Source: Azolla caroliniana
Lineage: Eukaryota; Plantae; Polypodiophyta
Assembly: GCA_043228905.1 (NCBI GenBank)
Contig: JBHGNT010000009.1
Span: 9,114,001-9,178,000 of the forward strand
Reading direction: 5' to 3'
DNA: 64,000 nucleotides
This document shows positions 17,259 to 31,407 of this stretch, piece by piece. A model generated the notes under the pieces. The model had not been told where the DNA came from and did not search any database. It was given only the letters and a program-made list of their open reading frames with translations. Both the position numbers and the translations under genes were made by a program. The number at the start of each line of letters is the position of its first letter. Position 1 is the stretch's first letter.

Positions 17259-19170
17259 ATGATGAACCGCTCCATCGCACCTGCCTCTGCGCATACGACC
17301 AAGGATGACGCCGCTCTTGCGGTTGCCTCTGTAGGCATACACATAGGTCTGCCTCAGGCCTCAGCTTTTCAAGCTACCTCCCATCATGATCCCATACCTT
17401 CCTCTTCTCAGGCTCCCTTACTTTCCTCTCCCCATGAATCCTTGCCTTCATTTGTTACGGCTACTGGAAAAACCGCCACATGTATGGCTGATCTAACAAC
17501 ATCTAGACAGGGGAATAAGATAGTGGTGATGCTTGCATATTCACATGTTACTGTAGTACCAAGTGGACATGCAATTCCAGCCGCGAAAGTTGTTGCGTCA
17601 AGGTCGCCGAAGGGATCATGTTCTGAAGGAAAGGCTAGGATTGGAAGAGATAGCAAGAAATCATATGTGGCAAGAACTTTGCTTAATGGGGTGGTAAGTG
17701 ATGGTTCAATGAACATGGATGCAAGTTCAAGACAAGAACACTCACCACAAGGTCGCGATAAGCTTTATCGGGGCTCGAGTGTAGCTAACCCAAATGCAAC
17801 TCCTATTTCGGACAATGTGGTTGAACTCCTGTTATCAAAACAAGATAGGATTCATATTTTGCGAGAGATTCAAGTGATGGAAAGGAGGACGATCATTGCA
17901 CGTGTGTTGGGGATTCGTCCATCACATGCTGATTTACGTTTACTGTTACAAGCTGTGTTAAAACAGGATGTTGACAACTTTGTGGACGTGCAAATGTTAG
18001 GAAGGAACTACTATCAACTCGAGTTTGAATCAGATCGAATTGTGCCATTTATGTTAGAAAGGAAAGCTATTGCAGTCAAGGGAGGATGAGTTTCTTTTCA
18101 CAAATGGATCCACAATTTCTCGGCAAACCAGGTACTCCATGAACTTGACTCTCTTTATACATGTATGGTGGTTTTTCCGAATTTACGTAAAGAATGGACA
18201 ACTTCCATCGCATTAATCGCTGCTACAATTGGTACGGTATTAGAGGTATATGATAAGCCAAGAAAAGAAGGAGACAAAATGTTAGGTGCGATATCAGTTA
18301 AAATTCTGGTTTCTAAGGCTACAATATTGCCGTCTCACATTTTGTTGCCCAATTTGTTGGACTCAATGCAGTCTCCGTATTCTCAGAAAATCATGTACCG
18401 AGGTCTGCCTAATCAATGTTTTCGGTGTTTTGGGTTTGGCCATTTGGCCAAACATTGTCCTAAGTTTCAAAATGCCTCTCATATAGTGGATCCCTCTACG
18501 ACCATTATTCCATATAAGGCCTCATCTGAAGGATGGACTATAGTAGAGAATAGGAAAACATCTCGACCAAGTAAAATTCAACAAGTACAACCTAATAACC
18601 TTCAGGAATTTCCTCCCCTTCATATTAAATATACAACGCTTCATGTAGATGGTGAGGATCCTCAAGTGCCACTTGTGACAAGTTCATTGATCCCATCGAA
18701 GACTGATACATGTCCCCCAATGACAGCAATGCCTTCTAAGTCATCTTTTCAGTTGATAGAGGGTCAACCACCTACCAAAAGAATCTCGCCAGATAAATTG
18801 AAACAGAAGGAAGATGACATGGAGATTGAAATAGCTCAGCAAGGAAAGCTAGAGCTACAAGGGCAACAAAAGATGGTGGATGTCACTATCCAATAATGGG
18901 AGGAAAATGCACTTATACCTACAACTGATAATAACAAAGGAAAAACTATTTATGAGAAAAAGGAAACAATGGAAGTAGAATTGTTATTGACAGAGAAAGA
19001 GGCCAATGGTTTCAAGTTTGGATCCTCGAAGGATATGGCAACATGCCAGGAGTTGGATAAGGCTGTCAAAGAACATAGGGTTATAAGTATGCAAGGAAGG
19101 ACTTGCTAACAAAGCGACAAATATGCGCTCAAGAGGGTACTAAGAAGAGTTGTCAAGATATTCTCCTTGA
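17259..19170 (+). pseudogene. LINE ORF1 (RRM/DUF4283-like region plus CCHC knuckle)
   Basis: VDVQMLGRNYYQLEF and QKIMYRGLPNQCFRCFGFGHLAKHC; in-frame stops at 18087 and 18894. Confidence 0.8.
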
Positions 19171-19199
19171 GAAACGCACATCTTCAAATCATATGTAGT

Positions 19200-22100
19200 A
19201 TGGACAAGTTAAATATCCTTTATTGGAACGTGCAAGGCCTGGGGGGGCAGGCCTTTCCTAGATTTAAAGGACTTATACGAGCAGATTTAGATACACCAAA
19301 TGTTGGTGCAATTGATATTCTTTTTTTGCAAGAGCATCACTTGTCCGCTGATAGGATACGGAGTTATGGTTCCATCCTACCAGGGAGATGGATACATTTA
19401 TGGGTCCAATGATAGGTCCAAATAGTAGACAAGCTGGTTTATGCATGGCTATTAAAGAACAATGGGCATCCATCATAGTCTCGGCAGGTACTATTTTGAA
19501 TAAAATGGCGCAATTTCTTATTCTTCAAATAGGACCACAAAAGACTGGTATTATAAATCTATATGCTTGAATCTAACTCATCCTCAGAAAGAGCTTCCTT
19601 TTGGATTTCTCTTTTTGAATACGTCGAATTAGCGGATTCTTGGCTTGTGGGTGGTGACTTTAACATGATTGAAGAAGCATTTGAGAGAAGGGGAGGCTCA
19701 ATCAGTACAATAATAGGCCGAGAAGCTAGAGCTTGGGATTCCTTCTGCTTCTCTTTTGGTTTATTGGATCTATGGAATATTCACTCCCTTTCTCGAATGC
19801 AAGGCACCCTTTAGTTCTCCTGGTCAAATGGTAGTATGGTTGCAGCTAATTTGTCATGATTGGATAGGTTCTATGCTAGTAGCTTTTTTTGGGAAGCTTA
19901 TGGATCTATGGGGATTATTCTTGGGACGGTAACTTCTGATCATTATCCATTGAAGTTAAACATTGTATTCACCAAAAGATCCTATCTTAAGCAATTCTAT
20001 ATCTCAAACTCATTGCTTGCTGATGAAACTCATAGAGTTTCTATAGCTCAAATCTAGTCTAAGTATAGCTTCTTTGATGCCTTTCTACTCAAAGATATCA
20101 CTTATGCCATTCTTGATGTCAAGAGCTTCTTCATAAACATAGTTGCCTCTTCAGTTGATCGATGTAGTGCACAAATTGCTAATTTGCATCGAGCATTGGT
20201 TGCAACACAAAAGTTATTGGAAAAATACCCAACCTCACCGATGTTGCTCTTGGATTTACAAGTAAAAAGCAATTTAAAAGAAAAGCAACATGCAAGAGGC
20301 TCGTATTTCTACCAACGTAATACAACTTCTTGGTCACAGAAGCAGGATAGGGTTAACAGAGAGTTCTTCAGTCAATTTAAACAGAAGTATAAAATACAAT
20401 CTATCAAAACCCTAAAACGACTTGATGGCTCTTAGACAACGGATGATTCGGAAATGTGAGACATAGCTACGACATATTATCATCAATTGTTATCAGCTAA
20501 ATCCTTCTTAGAGGAAGATCTTAATAAGAGACAACTTGTACTAGAAACAGTACAACAGAAGGTCACTCATGTAATGGCTTCCCAGTTGCTTCAACCATTT
20601 ACAGAAATTGAAGTTTGGACAACGGCTAAATCCCTGGGTAAATATGTGTGTCCTGGAAAGGATGCCATAGGAGTGGTATTCTATTTGCACTACTGGGACT
20701 TGTTGGGGCCTATTCTTACTAGAGCAGTTAATTTAATTTTCTCAATAGGGAATATGCTTGATGAATGGATGGAAGGAATCATATACATGATTCCGAAATC
20801 CGATGCTCAATGTAATGAAATATCAAAATGGAGTCCAATAACTTTGCTTAATGACATCTATAAAATAGTAGCAAAAACTATAGCTCATAGAATGTGACCG
20901 TTGCTTCCCTCGATTATACATGATACACAATCAAGATTCCTTCAAGATAGAAGCATCTTTGACAATATCTTCCTTTTTTGGGAGATGATTGCATTGGCTC
21001 AACATCACAAACAATCCCTTGCTATACTATTATTAGACTTTGAGAAAGCATATGATAAAGTAGATTGGGACTTTCTAGAGGCAATTCTATTAAGATTAGG
21101 GTTTCCAAGTGCATGGATAAAAGGTGTGTCTGCATTATATATATATAGACATGCGTCTAGCTCAGTTCTATTTTCTGGAGGCAATGGTACATTATTTCCA
21201 ATTTCCAGATCAGTTCAACAAGGTTGTCCGTTAGCACCATTTCTTTTTATTTTATTTGGGGAATCTTTATCATCTTTTCTTAGATCCTCAATGACGGCCA
21301 TCCAAGCAATGGCCTTACCTATTGCAAACTCGACAGTTCTTGATGCTGAGTTTGTGGATGACACTGCTCTTTATATTCGCGGAGATGTTGTTAATCTTGA
21401 TCGGGTACAAAATGCTTTATAGATATTTTCGGATGCTACTGGAGCCTCTCTCAATTGGAATAAATCTATAGGCCTTTGGGCTAGTGATGAACTATGTCCA
21501 GAATGGTATCCAGGCCCTGCATTCTGTTGGCTAAATCATGGGGAGCCGATTCGTTACTTAGGCTGTCTTGTTGGTATAGATTTACCATCTGAAGTGATGC
21601 TATCACCATTGCTATTATCAATTAAGTGTAAGTTGGTATATTGGGCCTCGCAACAGTTATCCCTTGCAGGTCGGGTTGTCATTGCAAATTCAGTGTTGTT
21701 GGCCTCAATGTGGTTTATCGCATCTGCTTGGTTGTTCTCTAGGTCGGAAATCATGAAAGTTTAAAGCCTCATACGTAACTTCCTTTGGGGTGGAAAAAAT
21801 GGATCTCGTGTAATGGCCAAGGTGGCATGAGATGTTTTGATTACGCCAAAAAGTTAGGGAGGGTTGGCCCTAATAAATCCCTTGATACAATCTCGAGCTC
21901 TCTTGAAAAAGTTTGTAGTCAGAGGACTGTTGCAAGGGACAGAGGCATGGAAGGGTATGCTGCTTAATTAGCTAATGCAATTATCTCCCAAGACGAGAGG
22001 AAAGTGGTTGCCGTCTTTGAAATGTATGTTCTTGACAGATATTCAGATACTGAGATGGAATCTAACATCCAATAGATTTCTATTGGGGATCGTCAAAGCA

Positions 22101-23538
22101 TGGGATGCAATCAAGATTTTTTTACGCAAGGAGATGCCTAACACATGGGATGGTTGGATGAATCAACCGCTTTTGGCTAATTCTCTCGTTCGGGATTCTA
22201 TTGGAAATGTATTGGGCCTTAGACCTCATCTTGCATGGGGAAAACTTGACAATGGGCCAACAACATTAGTAGGATCCTAGATTCATTTTCAACAGATGCC
22301 AGAAATGGATCGCCTTAAGTAGTTACACTCGATATATGGGGCGAAGACAATGACAATGGATATTTCAGCAGCCTTCTCTCATGCCTCATCGCGACTTCAG
22401 CCAATGTAGGAGCATATGTGGTTTGGTTGCCTTAAGAATGGCATGATGCTTTTCGTTAAAGGAATTTCTACAGATGGGTGTATTTTTTATTTCCATATTC
22501 AACAGGATAATAAGTTGGGGCCTTATACACCCTCTGATAATTTGCTACAAAACCTGCTTGCTATTCCAGTTAGGGTGATTGCCAAAACTGGTAAGAAATG
22601 GCTCTTGGATCCACAACCATCAATAGCCCATATGTCGGATATGCTTTGGTTATATGCACGACAACCAATTAATAGGCTAATGTGGGACCCAGGGGGATGG
22701 TCTTGGACTAGTCCCATGATGGATCCAATGCAAAAAGTTCCGTTCTTTTAGTATACTATGAAATTTGGTAGAACCTTACTCATGTCTAAGAATATTCCAA
22801 CTCCTGCAGCTCAAAAGCATTGGAATAAGTGGGGTGTATCAAGTAATCATTTGAAGGCTTATTGGAAATGGATTTGGTCTTTTAGGGGACCAAAAAAATA
22901 CTCTCTTCAGATGGCTTTTACTACATGCAACACTACCAGTAGGTCAGTCTTTGAAAGGAAACATGGCACCCATTTTTAGACAATGTAGTTATTGTGGTGA
23001 CTTGCAGGAAACTACCAAGCATGCTCTCTGGTCCTGTTCACTAGCCCAACAGGTATGGAATAATGTTCTTTCTTTATTCCTGACAATTAATGCAGGTTGC
23101 CTATTCTCCTAGGGATCAGCGGTATGGGGGGTTCTCCATTCCAGTCTCTTATTGTATGAGGCAGATGATGCTCTAGAGGCTAAGACAGTCGTCAATGGGC
23201 ATCTAATATCTGTCTCCCCTTTTCAGCAACCTCGAAAGCAAATGCATGCAACCCATGTATGGAAAACAATATCCACGGTTACATTATCGACCTTATGGAA
23301 GTATCAGTGTAAAAGACGATATGATTCCATAATTCCCCTTCTCTTAGATATATTGCTAGAATTATGCGAGAACTTATTGGCGGTAGTGCGTGGGCAATAG
23401 GACAATATGTCGGGCCCTTCGGAGGTTGTTCTTAAGAAAAGGAAAAAATTACTGTAGTTATGGAGGAAGTTGCCTCTATTCACGGTCTCCTCTCAAGGAC
23501 CAATCTGGAAATATCATCATCCTTGGCCCTTCCCCTAA
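19200..23538 (+). pseudogene. LINE ORF2 (APE endonuclease, RT, zf-RVT)
   Basis: WNVQG, FLQE, GGDFN, SDHYP (APE); LLDFEKAYD, QGCPLAP, FVDD (RT); CSYC...TTKHALWSC (zinc finger). Many stops and frameshifts. Confidence 0.92.
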
Positions 23539-24149
23539 TTATCCTTTTTGTATATAACACTCTCTAATTGTACAATTTGTAGCCTTACAGTGTTTTTTCT
23601 TAATAATAATGAAGGAAATCTTTTTGGAAAAAAAGAAAAAGATCATTAAGGAGCACAAAGGTGAATGAATGTTTGATCAAATAAGTCAACACCTAAAAAT
23701 TTAGACACTTGCAACATGGTCATTGCATCTAAGATTAACAATAAATCAATCAAATGTCATAGCATGTGTAGTTCTACATTCCAAGCAACCCATGGGCCAC
23801 ATGTTGCATTTCCATATCTAAAATTAGTTGTTCTTGTTCTTGAGTTGTTTAAATTCCCTATAGCAAAGTGTTATTACAAATCATCAAAAGCGTACAAGCA
23901 TGCAACATTCAACTTAAAGCATTCGACATAGTATTAAGAGCTCCACTTTTATGGATGATGCAGAAATCAAATTCTACTTGAAAATCTTGGCATCAGGCTT
24001 GTTTCCAAGACAATTTCGGCTATGATTAAGAATATTGCAAGGATATATTATTGGTAATCACTTTATGGAATTTATCCTGGACATAATGATGCCATTTGTG
24101 TAAGGCATAGATGATGGAAAGAATTTCTTTCTCATGAGTAGGCCATCTT

Positions 24150-25260
24150 ATTTCAATCTCTAAAAATTTCTTTGATTCATATGCAACCATGTGGCTATCC
24201 TATATCAAAATTGCACCATAAGCCACAACATATGCATCCATATGGATTTCAAATAGTTTATTAAAATTAGGTAGCTTAAGAACCAGTTACGAACTAATAG
24301 CTTGTTTGAGTTTCTCGAAAGCATCTTGTTCTACGATTGTCCATTTAAAACTTGTTTTAACTTTTGTCAAATTAGTTAAGGGGCTATAATTTCACTAAAA
24401 TGCTTGGTGAACTTATGCACATATTACGTGAAGCCTAGAAATTTTTGAACTTCCATAGTTTTTGTAGGAATTGGCCATTTTTGTAATACGTTCACTTTGG
24501 TTATTCCATGCAAAGGCCACGTTTCCCTACCTAGAAACCTAAGTCAATATCGTGCATTGCAAACTCACATTTTTCCAGTTTAGCATATAATTTATTCTCT
24601 TGCAGTATTCGCAACACCTTCCTAACATATATAATGTATTCTTCCAATGTTTTGTTATGAATGCGCAAATTGTCAATGTATAAGATGACAAACTCATCAA
24701 GAAATTCACAACATAGATCATTGCCCAGACGACTAAATGTTTTTGGTTCACCTGTAAGCCCAAAACTCATAACCATCCATTCGTAGTTGCCATACCTTAT
24801 CTGAAAAGTTGTTTTCTCAATGTCTTCTTCTACAACTTAGATTTGGTATATCTCGACTTGGGGTCGATTTGCGTAAGAACTTGTGCACTTGTCAATTGAT
24901 CTATTATGTCATCACTAACTCGTAGAGGGTATTTACCTTTGATCTTTATATTAATGAATGCTTGGTAGTCCATCCGCATGCGCATGATTCCATCCTTTTT
25001 TTGCAGCGAAACTAACAAGGCCCTTATATTGGAAATTGCTCATGTGGGTGAACCCATATGTCTCTAGCTTTATCAATTTCATCTTCAATTTTGACAATTG
25101 AGTTGATAGTCAACTTGTATGGAGCTTTAGTTGGTGGAGTGCTTCTCAATAAGATATTGATTTTGGGATCAATGGCTCTTTTGGGGGTAGACCAATAGGT
25201 AACCTGGCTACCAAGACATCATTAAATTCAATTAATAGAGGCTCAATTGCTGGATTACCC
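24150..25260 (-). pseudogene. Heavily degraded Ty3/gypsy RT-RNase H fragment
   Basis: KKDGIMRMRMDYQ, KYPLR, KTTFQIRYGNYEWMVMSFGL, ILYIDN, KLYAKLEKCEF. Confidence 0.85.
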
Positions 25261-25350
25261 TTGTGTCCTTTCCATTGTTTTTTTTTCTTGGTGATGGACA
25301 ATTGCAATGCATAAGAATAATTTCCCCCCTTTTTTAATGAAAAGAGTTAG

Positions 25351-25761
25351 ATGTAGAAGCTTGTAGCACAATAGATACAACCGGCTCAACCGAACAACAG
25401 AAGACAATTAGGAATACATAGAGTGGGAGAGAGAGAGAGACTGAGTGAGCAAACAACAAGAAAAAAATTCAATTCAAATTGTTCTCAGTACATACAAATG
25501 TGCTTACAGAGCACTTTATATACAAGCCTTGACAACAAGATGACACAAGTACTGACAAGGACTAAGTTCAATCATCATAAAGGAGCGTCTGACAATATCT
25601 GAACATAATATTCCTAATAACTATGTTCGGCCCTAACAACTCTATCAACCTGCCGGCTCCTAGCCAATCTTGTTGTCGGCTTCTTCAGTCGATATTCCTC
25701 AACTGACTCGGTTGTCAGTTTCTTTAGCTGATCTGGCTCATGTTGAGCTTGTCTCTCAACA
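25351..25761 (-). repeat. LTR related to those at 5261 and 31408
   Basis: Minus strand begins TGTTGAGAGACAAGCTC, shares the CTTGTATATAAAGTG core and ends CTTCTACAT. No TSD found. Confidence 0.7.
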
Positions 25762-26647
25762 CGACGGGTCTTCGTTGAACGGGCAAACATCCACAAGCAC
25801 CATTAGTGAGACACACAAACCCAAGGGTGGTAGAGCGCCTCAAGAAAGAGGGCAAGAAAATGTGAGGTTCGTCCCTGAGAGAAATGTGGTTGAAGCACCG
25901 TCTATGTAGGATCTCCAGATAGCGCAAGCTAGGAGAGAGAGTGAGCTCCCTCCTCAAGATCGACGTCCCCCATTCTCGCAAAGATGTATGTGGTGCGACA
26001 CTCCCGACCACCCACGAAGGGAATGCAAAGACTTCCAAGAGGCCCTAAGAAGGAATATTGTCTACCTTTTGAACAACAAGGTCTATTCGACAGAGATGAG
26101 GCGCCACTTGGGATTGAACCAAGGCCGAGGAGGCATGAGAAGGTTAATGGAGGAGACCGAAGCACGACATGAGAAGGTTAAGTGGGGAAAGAGGCAAGGA
26201 GGCAAGAGGAGAAAGAGATTGACTTTTGGTCGTCAATCATTGGAAGCCTCTCTAGGGGAAAGCTCAAAAGAGAAGAAGCAGACGAGGTGGAAAGAAGGGT
26301 CCAAGAGGCAACCGGGTGGAAGGATCCGATAGAAGAAAAGACGGGCTTAGTAGAAACCGCTTGCCAAAACTTCGAAGTAATGGTGGAAGAGAAAAAGGTA
26401 GGTAATGACGAGGGAGTGGTCCATCAGGGAAATTCGATGCCGATATCACGACATAGTGACATAAATTACATAGTTGGTGAGTATTGAACCTACAACCTCA
26501 CATCAACAAATGTTATGCTCAACCATTTTGATATGAGCATGCATTTATATATAATATTTCAATATTCTATAGTCTAATAGCTAGTACATTTCAGAATCAA
26601 AATATTCTAGTTGTCAGTATATTCAAGAAATATTGTACGGTATATTA

Positions 26648-27200
26648 TGTTGGGAAAATAGGTCCCTCCGGATGGGAAGAAGAGAACGAACCGAATCAAA
26701 GACACATGGGAAATTCGGCCGAGGCCGAGGCCGAAATCGAAAATCGATTTAATAGCCGATTCGGGGACTATAATTGTAAATAGTCAGAATGTGCCCTTGG
26801 TGGGCCATATTTGTAAACAACCCTAAATGTTGTATTAGTATATAAACATCTAGGGAAATCATTATGCAATATAGTGGTTGAATCATTATAGTGGTTGTAT
26901 AGTTACACAGTGAAGGTAGTTGCCTCTGTAACTAGTGAGAGAGAAAGAATGTGTAACCCTGTAGTCGTCCCTTGACGAAGAAGAGCTCAAGTTTGTGAAC
27001 TTGTTGTACTCCTCTCCCCATAGTGATCTATTTTGGAGTTTGTGAACTCCACTAGTTTTTTCCCTTTTCGGGTTTTTCCACATAAAATATCTTGTGTCTT
27101 TATTTTTTTTCATTTTCTATGTGTGCACTATCTCATTGTCGATTCTTTGCACCCGAACATACATACGAGAAACCGGTTGTGACCGGTTTTGATCCTAACA
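26648..27200 (+). repeat. Solo LTR related to the copia LTR at 3739-4562
   Basis: TGTTGGGAAAATAGGTCCCTCCGGATGGGAAG...TAACA; flanks TATTA/TATTC form a 5-bp TSD with one mismatch; the host LTR sequence rejoins across it. Confidence 0.85.
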
Positions 27201-27629
27201 TATTCTAGACGGGTATGCCGACGCTAATTGAGTTAATGTTATTGGTTGTCAATTTGAACTCTCTGGTATTTTCTGTCTATTCGAATGATATAATGGGTTA
27301 ATCACTCACTTTAGATATTTCTCGAGTATATTCTAGAGATATTCAATCTCGAAACTTGTATAAATACTTGTAACCTCTTTGGTCCCTTTCAAGGGATTCA
27401 ACACCAGTCATTGACACATCCATCTAGTATTCTCATTTCATTCCATCTGGTCTCCTTCTTCATCTTTGTCTTCATGCTCTCATGTCACTCATAACTTCTA
27501 GAATTCCTAACCTTGTCACTTCTAACTCCAAGTTCGTAGCCCCATCATCCACGCTTGGTGGGTCAACCTCGACTATTTACCCTCCCATAATAGAAGAAGT
27601 CGAGTCGACCGCTTCAGTTGCACTCCTTC

Positions 27630-28130
27630 ACCCGTTCGTGTTCCAGTTCTCGGTGAGGGCTGCATGGTCGCTCACTTTGGTTTGTGTTCTAGCTCTTGGT
27701 GAGGACCACATGGTCGCTCACGCTCATTCGTGTTTCCGATGAGGACTGCACATGGTCACTCACGTTCCAGTTCCTAGTGAGGGCCACATGGTCGCTCATG
27801 TTCCAGTTCCTGGTGAGGACCGTGCATGGTCACTCACCCCCGTTCGTGTTTGAGTTCCCGATGAGTGTCGCATGGTTGCTCACCCCCATTTGTGTTCCAG
27901 TTCTCGGTGAGGGCCACGCATGTTCGCTCACCCTTGTTCGTGTTCCAGTTCCCTGTGAGGGCTGCGCATGGTCGCTCACCCCATTTTGTGTGCCAGTTCT
28001 CGGTGAGGACTGCATGGTCGCTCACTCCCTTTCGTGTTCTAGTTCCCAATGAGGATCACATGTTTGCTCGCGTCGTTTGGTGTTCCACTTCCCAGTGAGG
28101 ACCATACATGGTGGCTCACGTCCACTGGTG
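27630..28130 (+). repeat. Degenerate ~35-53-bp minisatellite
   Basis: Core GTTCCAGTTCTCGGTGAGGACCGCACATGGTCGCTCAC, about 11 copies. Confidence 0.85.
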
Positions 28131-29339
28131 TTCCGCTTCCCGCTTGCCCCTACACCACGCTTTCAAAAAGACGGTTGTACAGGGGAGGATAATGTCATGA
28201 CACAATCGTGACATAAAACATATAGTTGGTGAGGATTGAACCCACAATCTCACTTCAACAAGACATCATGCTCAACCATTTGGATATGAACATGTATTTG
28301 GAAATAATAGTTTAGTATTATATATTCTAGCATACAATACATTCCAGAATATTCTAGTCTTTAGTATATTCTAGAAATATTCTATGGTGTATTCTAGACG
28401 GGTATATTCTAGAGATATTTGTTGGGTATGTTCTAGAGATATTTCTCGAGTATATTTTAGACATATTCAATCTCAGAACTTGTATAAATACGTGTAACCT
28501 CCTTGGTCCCTTTCAGGGGATTCAACACCAGTCATTGACACATCAATCTAATATTCTTGTTTCATGCCATATTGTCTCATTGATGCACATATTTTTCTTC
28601 ATGCTCTCCAGTTAACCTTAGCTTCCTATGTTCATAGTCTTGTCATTCACAACTTCTAGAGTTCCTAGCCTCGTCACTTCAAGTTCAACTTATCGGTTGT
28701 AGCCTCGTCATTCATGCTTCGTCATAGTCCATGGTTTGTGTGTCCGTGACAGTTTGAATACCTTCCAACTGGAAGCATCACCCGTTTTCATCATCGCCCT
28801 TGTTTGTAGAGTTACCATCGTCACAATCCTTGCTTCTAGAGCTACTGTCATCAACATCCTTGGTTTTAGAGATGCTTCTTCCTCCTCATTTTCAGCACCT
28901 CTTGTTGTCTTCATCAATGCTACTTCGCCCAACCTTCATTGGCATCAACACTACTTTGCATGTTCTTTCATTATAATCATTGGTCCGCCCTCTTCATTGT
29001 CATTGTCATAATCTATAGGTATCATTTTGCATCACGATTTTGGTGAGGATTAATTTTGATCACTCACCTTCACAGTTCCGGTGGGGGTTACAACCGCTCA
29101 CTTTCTTGGTGGGGATCGAATCATTGCACGCTTGTGCTCCAATTTCCTTTGAAGAGGATCTATTTCGATCACTCACCTTCTAGTTCCAATGGGGGTCACA
29201 ACCACTCACTTTCTTCGTGGGGATTGCATCGGTTTCTCGCTAACGCTACCATGTGTGCAACTGTGTTTTGGGTCAATCTCGACTATTTACCTTGTCATGA
29301 TAGAAGAAGTTGATTCGAGCACTTCACTTGCACTCCTTT

Positions 29340-29810
29340 GCCCGTTGTTGTTCTAGTTCCCAGTGAGGAACACACATGGTCGCTCACACCTGGTCGTGTT
29401 CCAGTCTCCGGTGAGAATTGCACATGGTTGCTCACACCCGTCGGTGTTCCAGTCTCCGGTGAGAACCACACATGGTCGCTCACGCCCATTCGTGTTCCAG
29501 TTCCAATTCCTAGTGAGGTCCGCACATGGTTGCTCACATTCCAGTTCTCGCATGGTTGGTCACTCCCATTTGTGTTGCTGATGAGAACTGCACATGGTCA
29601 CTCAAGTCCGTGTTCCAGTCTCCAGTGAGAACCACACATGGTCGCTCACACCCATTGGTGTTCTAATCTCCGGTGAGGACCGCACATGGTTGCTTACACC
29701 CGCCGGTGTTCCAATCTCTGGTGAGGACTATACATGGTCGCTCACGTTCGTTGGTGTTCATGTCGCCGGTGAGGACAACACATGGTTTCTCACGCCCATC
29801 GGTGCTCCAC
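29340..29810 (+). repeat. Second array of the same minisatellite
   Basis: Same GGTGAG(G/A)AC...CATGGTCGCTCAC core. Confidence 0.85.
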
Positions 29811-31407
29811 TTCCCGCTCACCCCTCCACCACACTTTCGAAAAGGTGGCCGTAAAGGAGAGGATAATGTCATGACACAGTGACATGAAATACATAGTTGG
29901 TGAGGATTGCTCCACTTCCCGCTCACCCCTCCACCACGCTTTCGAAAAGGCGGTCGTAAAGGAGAGGATAATGTCACGACACAGTGACATGAAATACATA
30001 GTTGGTGAGGATTGAACCTACAACCTCACATCAACAAATGTCATGCTCAACTATTTTGATATGAGCATGCATTTTTATATAATGGTTCAATATTCTATAG
30101 TCTAGTAGGTAGTACATTTCAGAATCAAAATATTGTAGTTGTTAGTATATTCTAGAAATATTGTACGGTATATTCTAGAGATATTTCTCGAGTATATTCT
30201 AGAGATATTCAATCTCGGAACTTGTATAAATACTTGTAACCTCCTTAGTCCCTTTCGAGGGATTCAACACCAGTCATTGACACATCAATCTAGTATTCTC
30301 ATTTCATTCCATCTTGTCTCCTTCTTCATCTCTGTCTTCATGTTCTCATATCACTCATAACTTCTAGAGTTCCTAACCTCGTCACTTCTAGCTCCAAGTT
30401 CGTCGCCCGTTGCTCGTAGCCCCATCATCCGTTCTCCGTTCTAGTCCGTGCTTGGTGACACCCCAGGTGCATGAGGAAGGGAAGAGCCGAGCCAGTCCCA
30501 AGCATGCAATGAAAGATGGAAAGAGAAGGGAAACCTCCCCAAATTCAAGCTTTGCTCAGAGATTGAGCAAGCAACGGGCTTGAAGAAGGTAATGGAGGAA
30601 AGGATCCTCTAAGTGTCGTTGAGTTTACACTACGAGAGGTCCTCAGAATTGCCAAGAAAGAATTTCATGAGGTCATCATTAAGCTAATGAAAAGGAAGTG
30701 TCTCTCAACAGAGCAAGAAGTGGCAAAGCCCGCGATTGTAAATGCATTGTCAACTGAGGTGCCCGAGGAAGACAAAGACTACGTGGACAGTCACTAAACG
30801 AGGCCGCATTTGGTGAGAGCGACAACGGAGACACCGGTACGGGTCGGGGATGTAAAAGAGCCAGTTGTAGCATTGATCACCCATGGTTCTAAAATCAACC
30901 TTATGTCCATGGACTTTTATAAAAAGGGAAACTGGACGATCAACACGAAGCACGAGTGGAAGATTAGAGCGGCGCCTTGAGCAACCGAGGAGCTATACGG
31001 GGCTTGCCTGAATGTATAGGTGAAAGTGGGAGATGTAGAAATAGATCAACATTTCTTCATTCAAGAGATGTCCTCGCACCCGATCATCTTGGGTGAACCA
31101 TACATCACAACGGCTCGCATGGAGACGAAGGTGCTAGACAACGGGGCGACATATGTAAGGGTCAAGAGCCAAGATGGGCAACATTCGGTCCAATTCCCAA
31201 CCATGAGCGCAATCGAGCCTCCCTCAAAGGGGAGAGTTGGGAGGATTTTTTATATAGGCTATTAAAGAGTGGGGCCACAATACCCCAAGGCAAACTAAGT
31301 CCCTAAACCTTTGTAAAACTATTAAAAGTAATAGGAAACAAATTTGGTTCTCCAAAACTGGAGCTTGTAAAATTACTAGTTTAAGTGATAGAGATATGTA
31401 AAAGATA

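Larger units (their letters stand above)
17248..23638 (+). mobile_element. Full-length, degenerate L1-type LINE
   Basis: 14-bp TSD AAGATCATTAAGGA at 17234-17247 and 23639-23652; A-rich tail; ORF1 followed by ORF2 with many stops. Confidence 0.93.
26444..30460 (+). mobile_element. Tandem non-autonomous LTR element (LTR-internal-LTR-internal-LTR, TRIM/LARD-like)
   Basis: The LTR start T(G/A)TCA(C/T)GACA recurs at ~26444, 28192, 29867 (short duplication) and 29972; the last three follow an AGG(G/A)GAGGATAA PPT; final end TGACA at 30460; no protein-coding domains. Confidence 0.72.

Noticed and set aside
27630-29810. CRISPR-like or protein-coding reading of the ~47-bp repeats (HTWSLTP ORFs)
   Set aside because: Inter-core sequences are variants of one another, and ORFs appear in all frames, as expected for a minisatellite.
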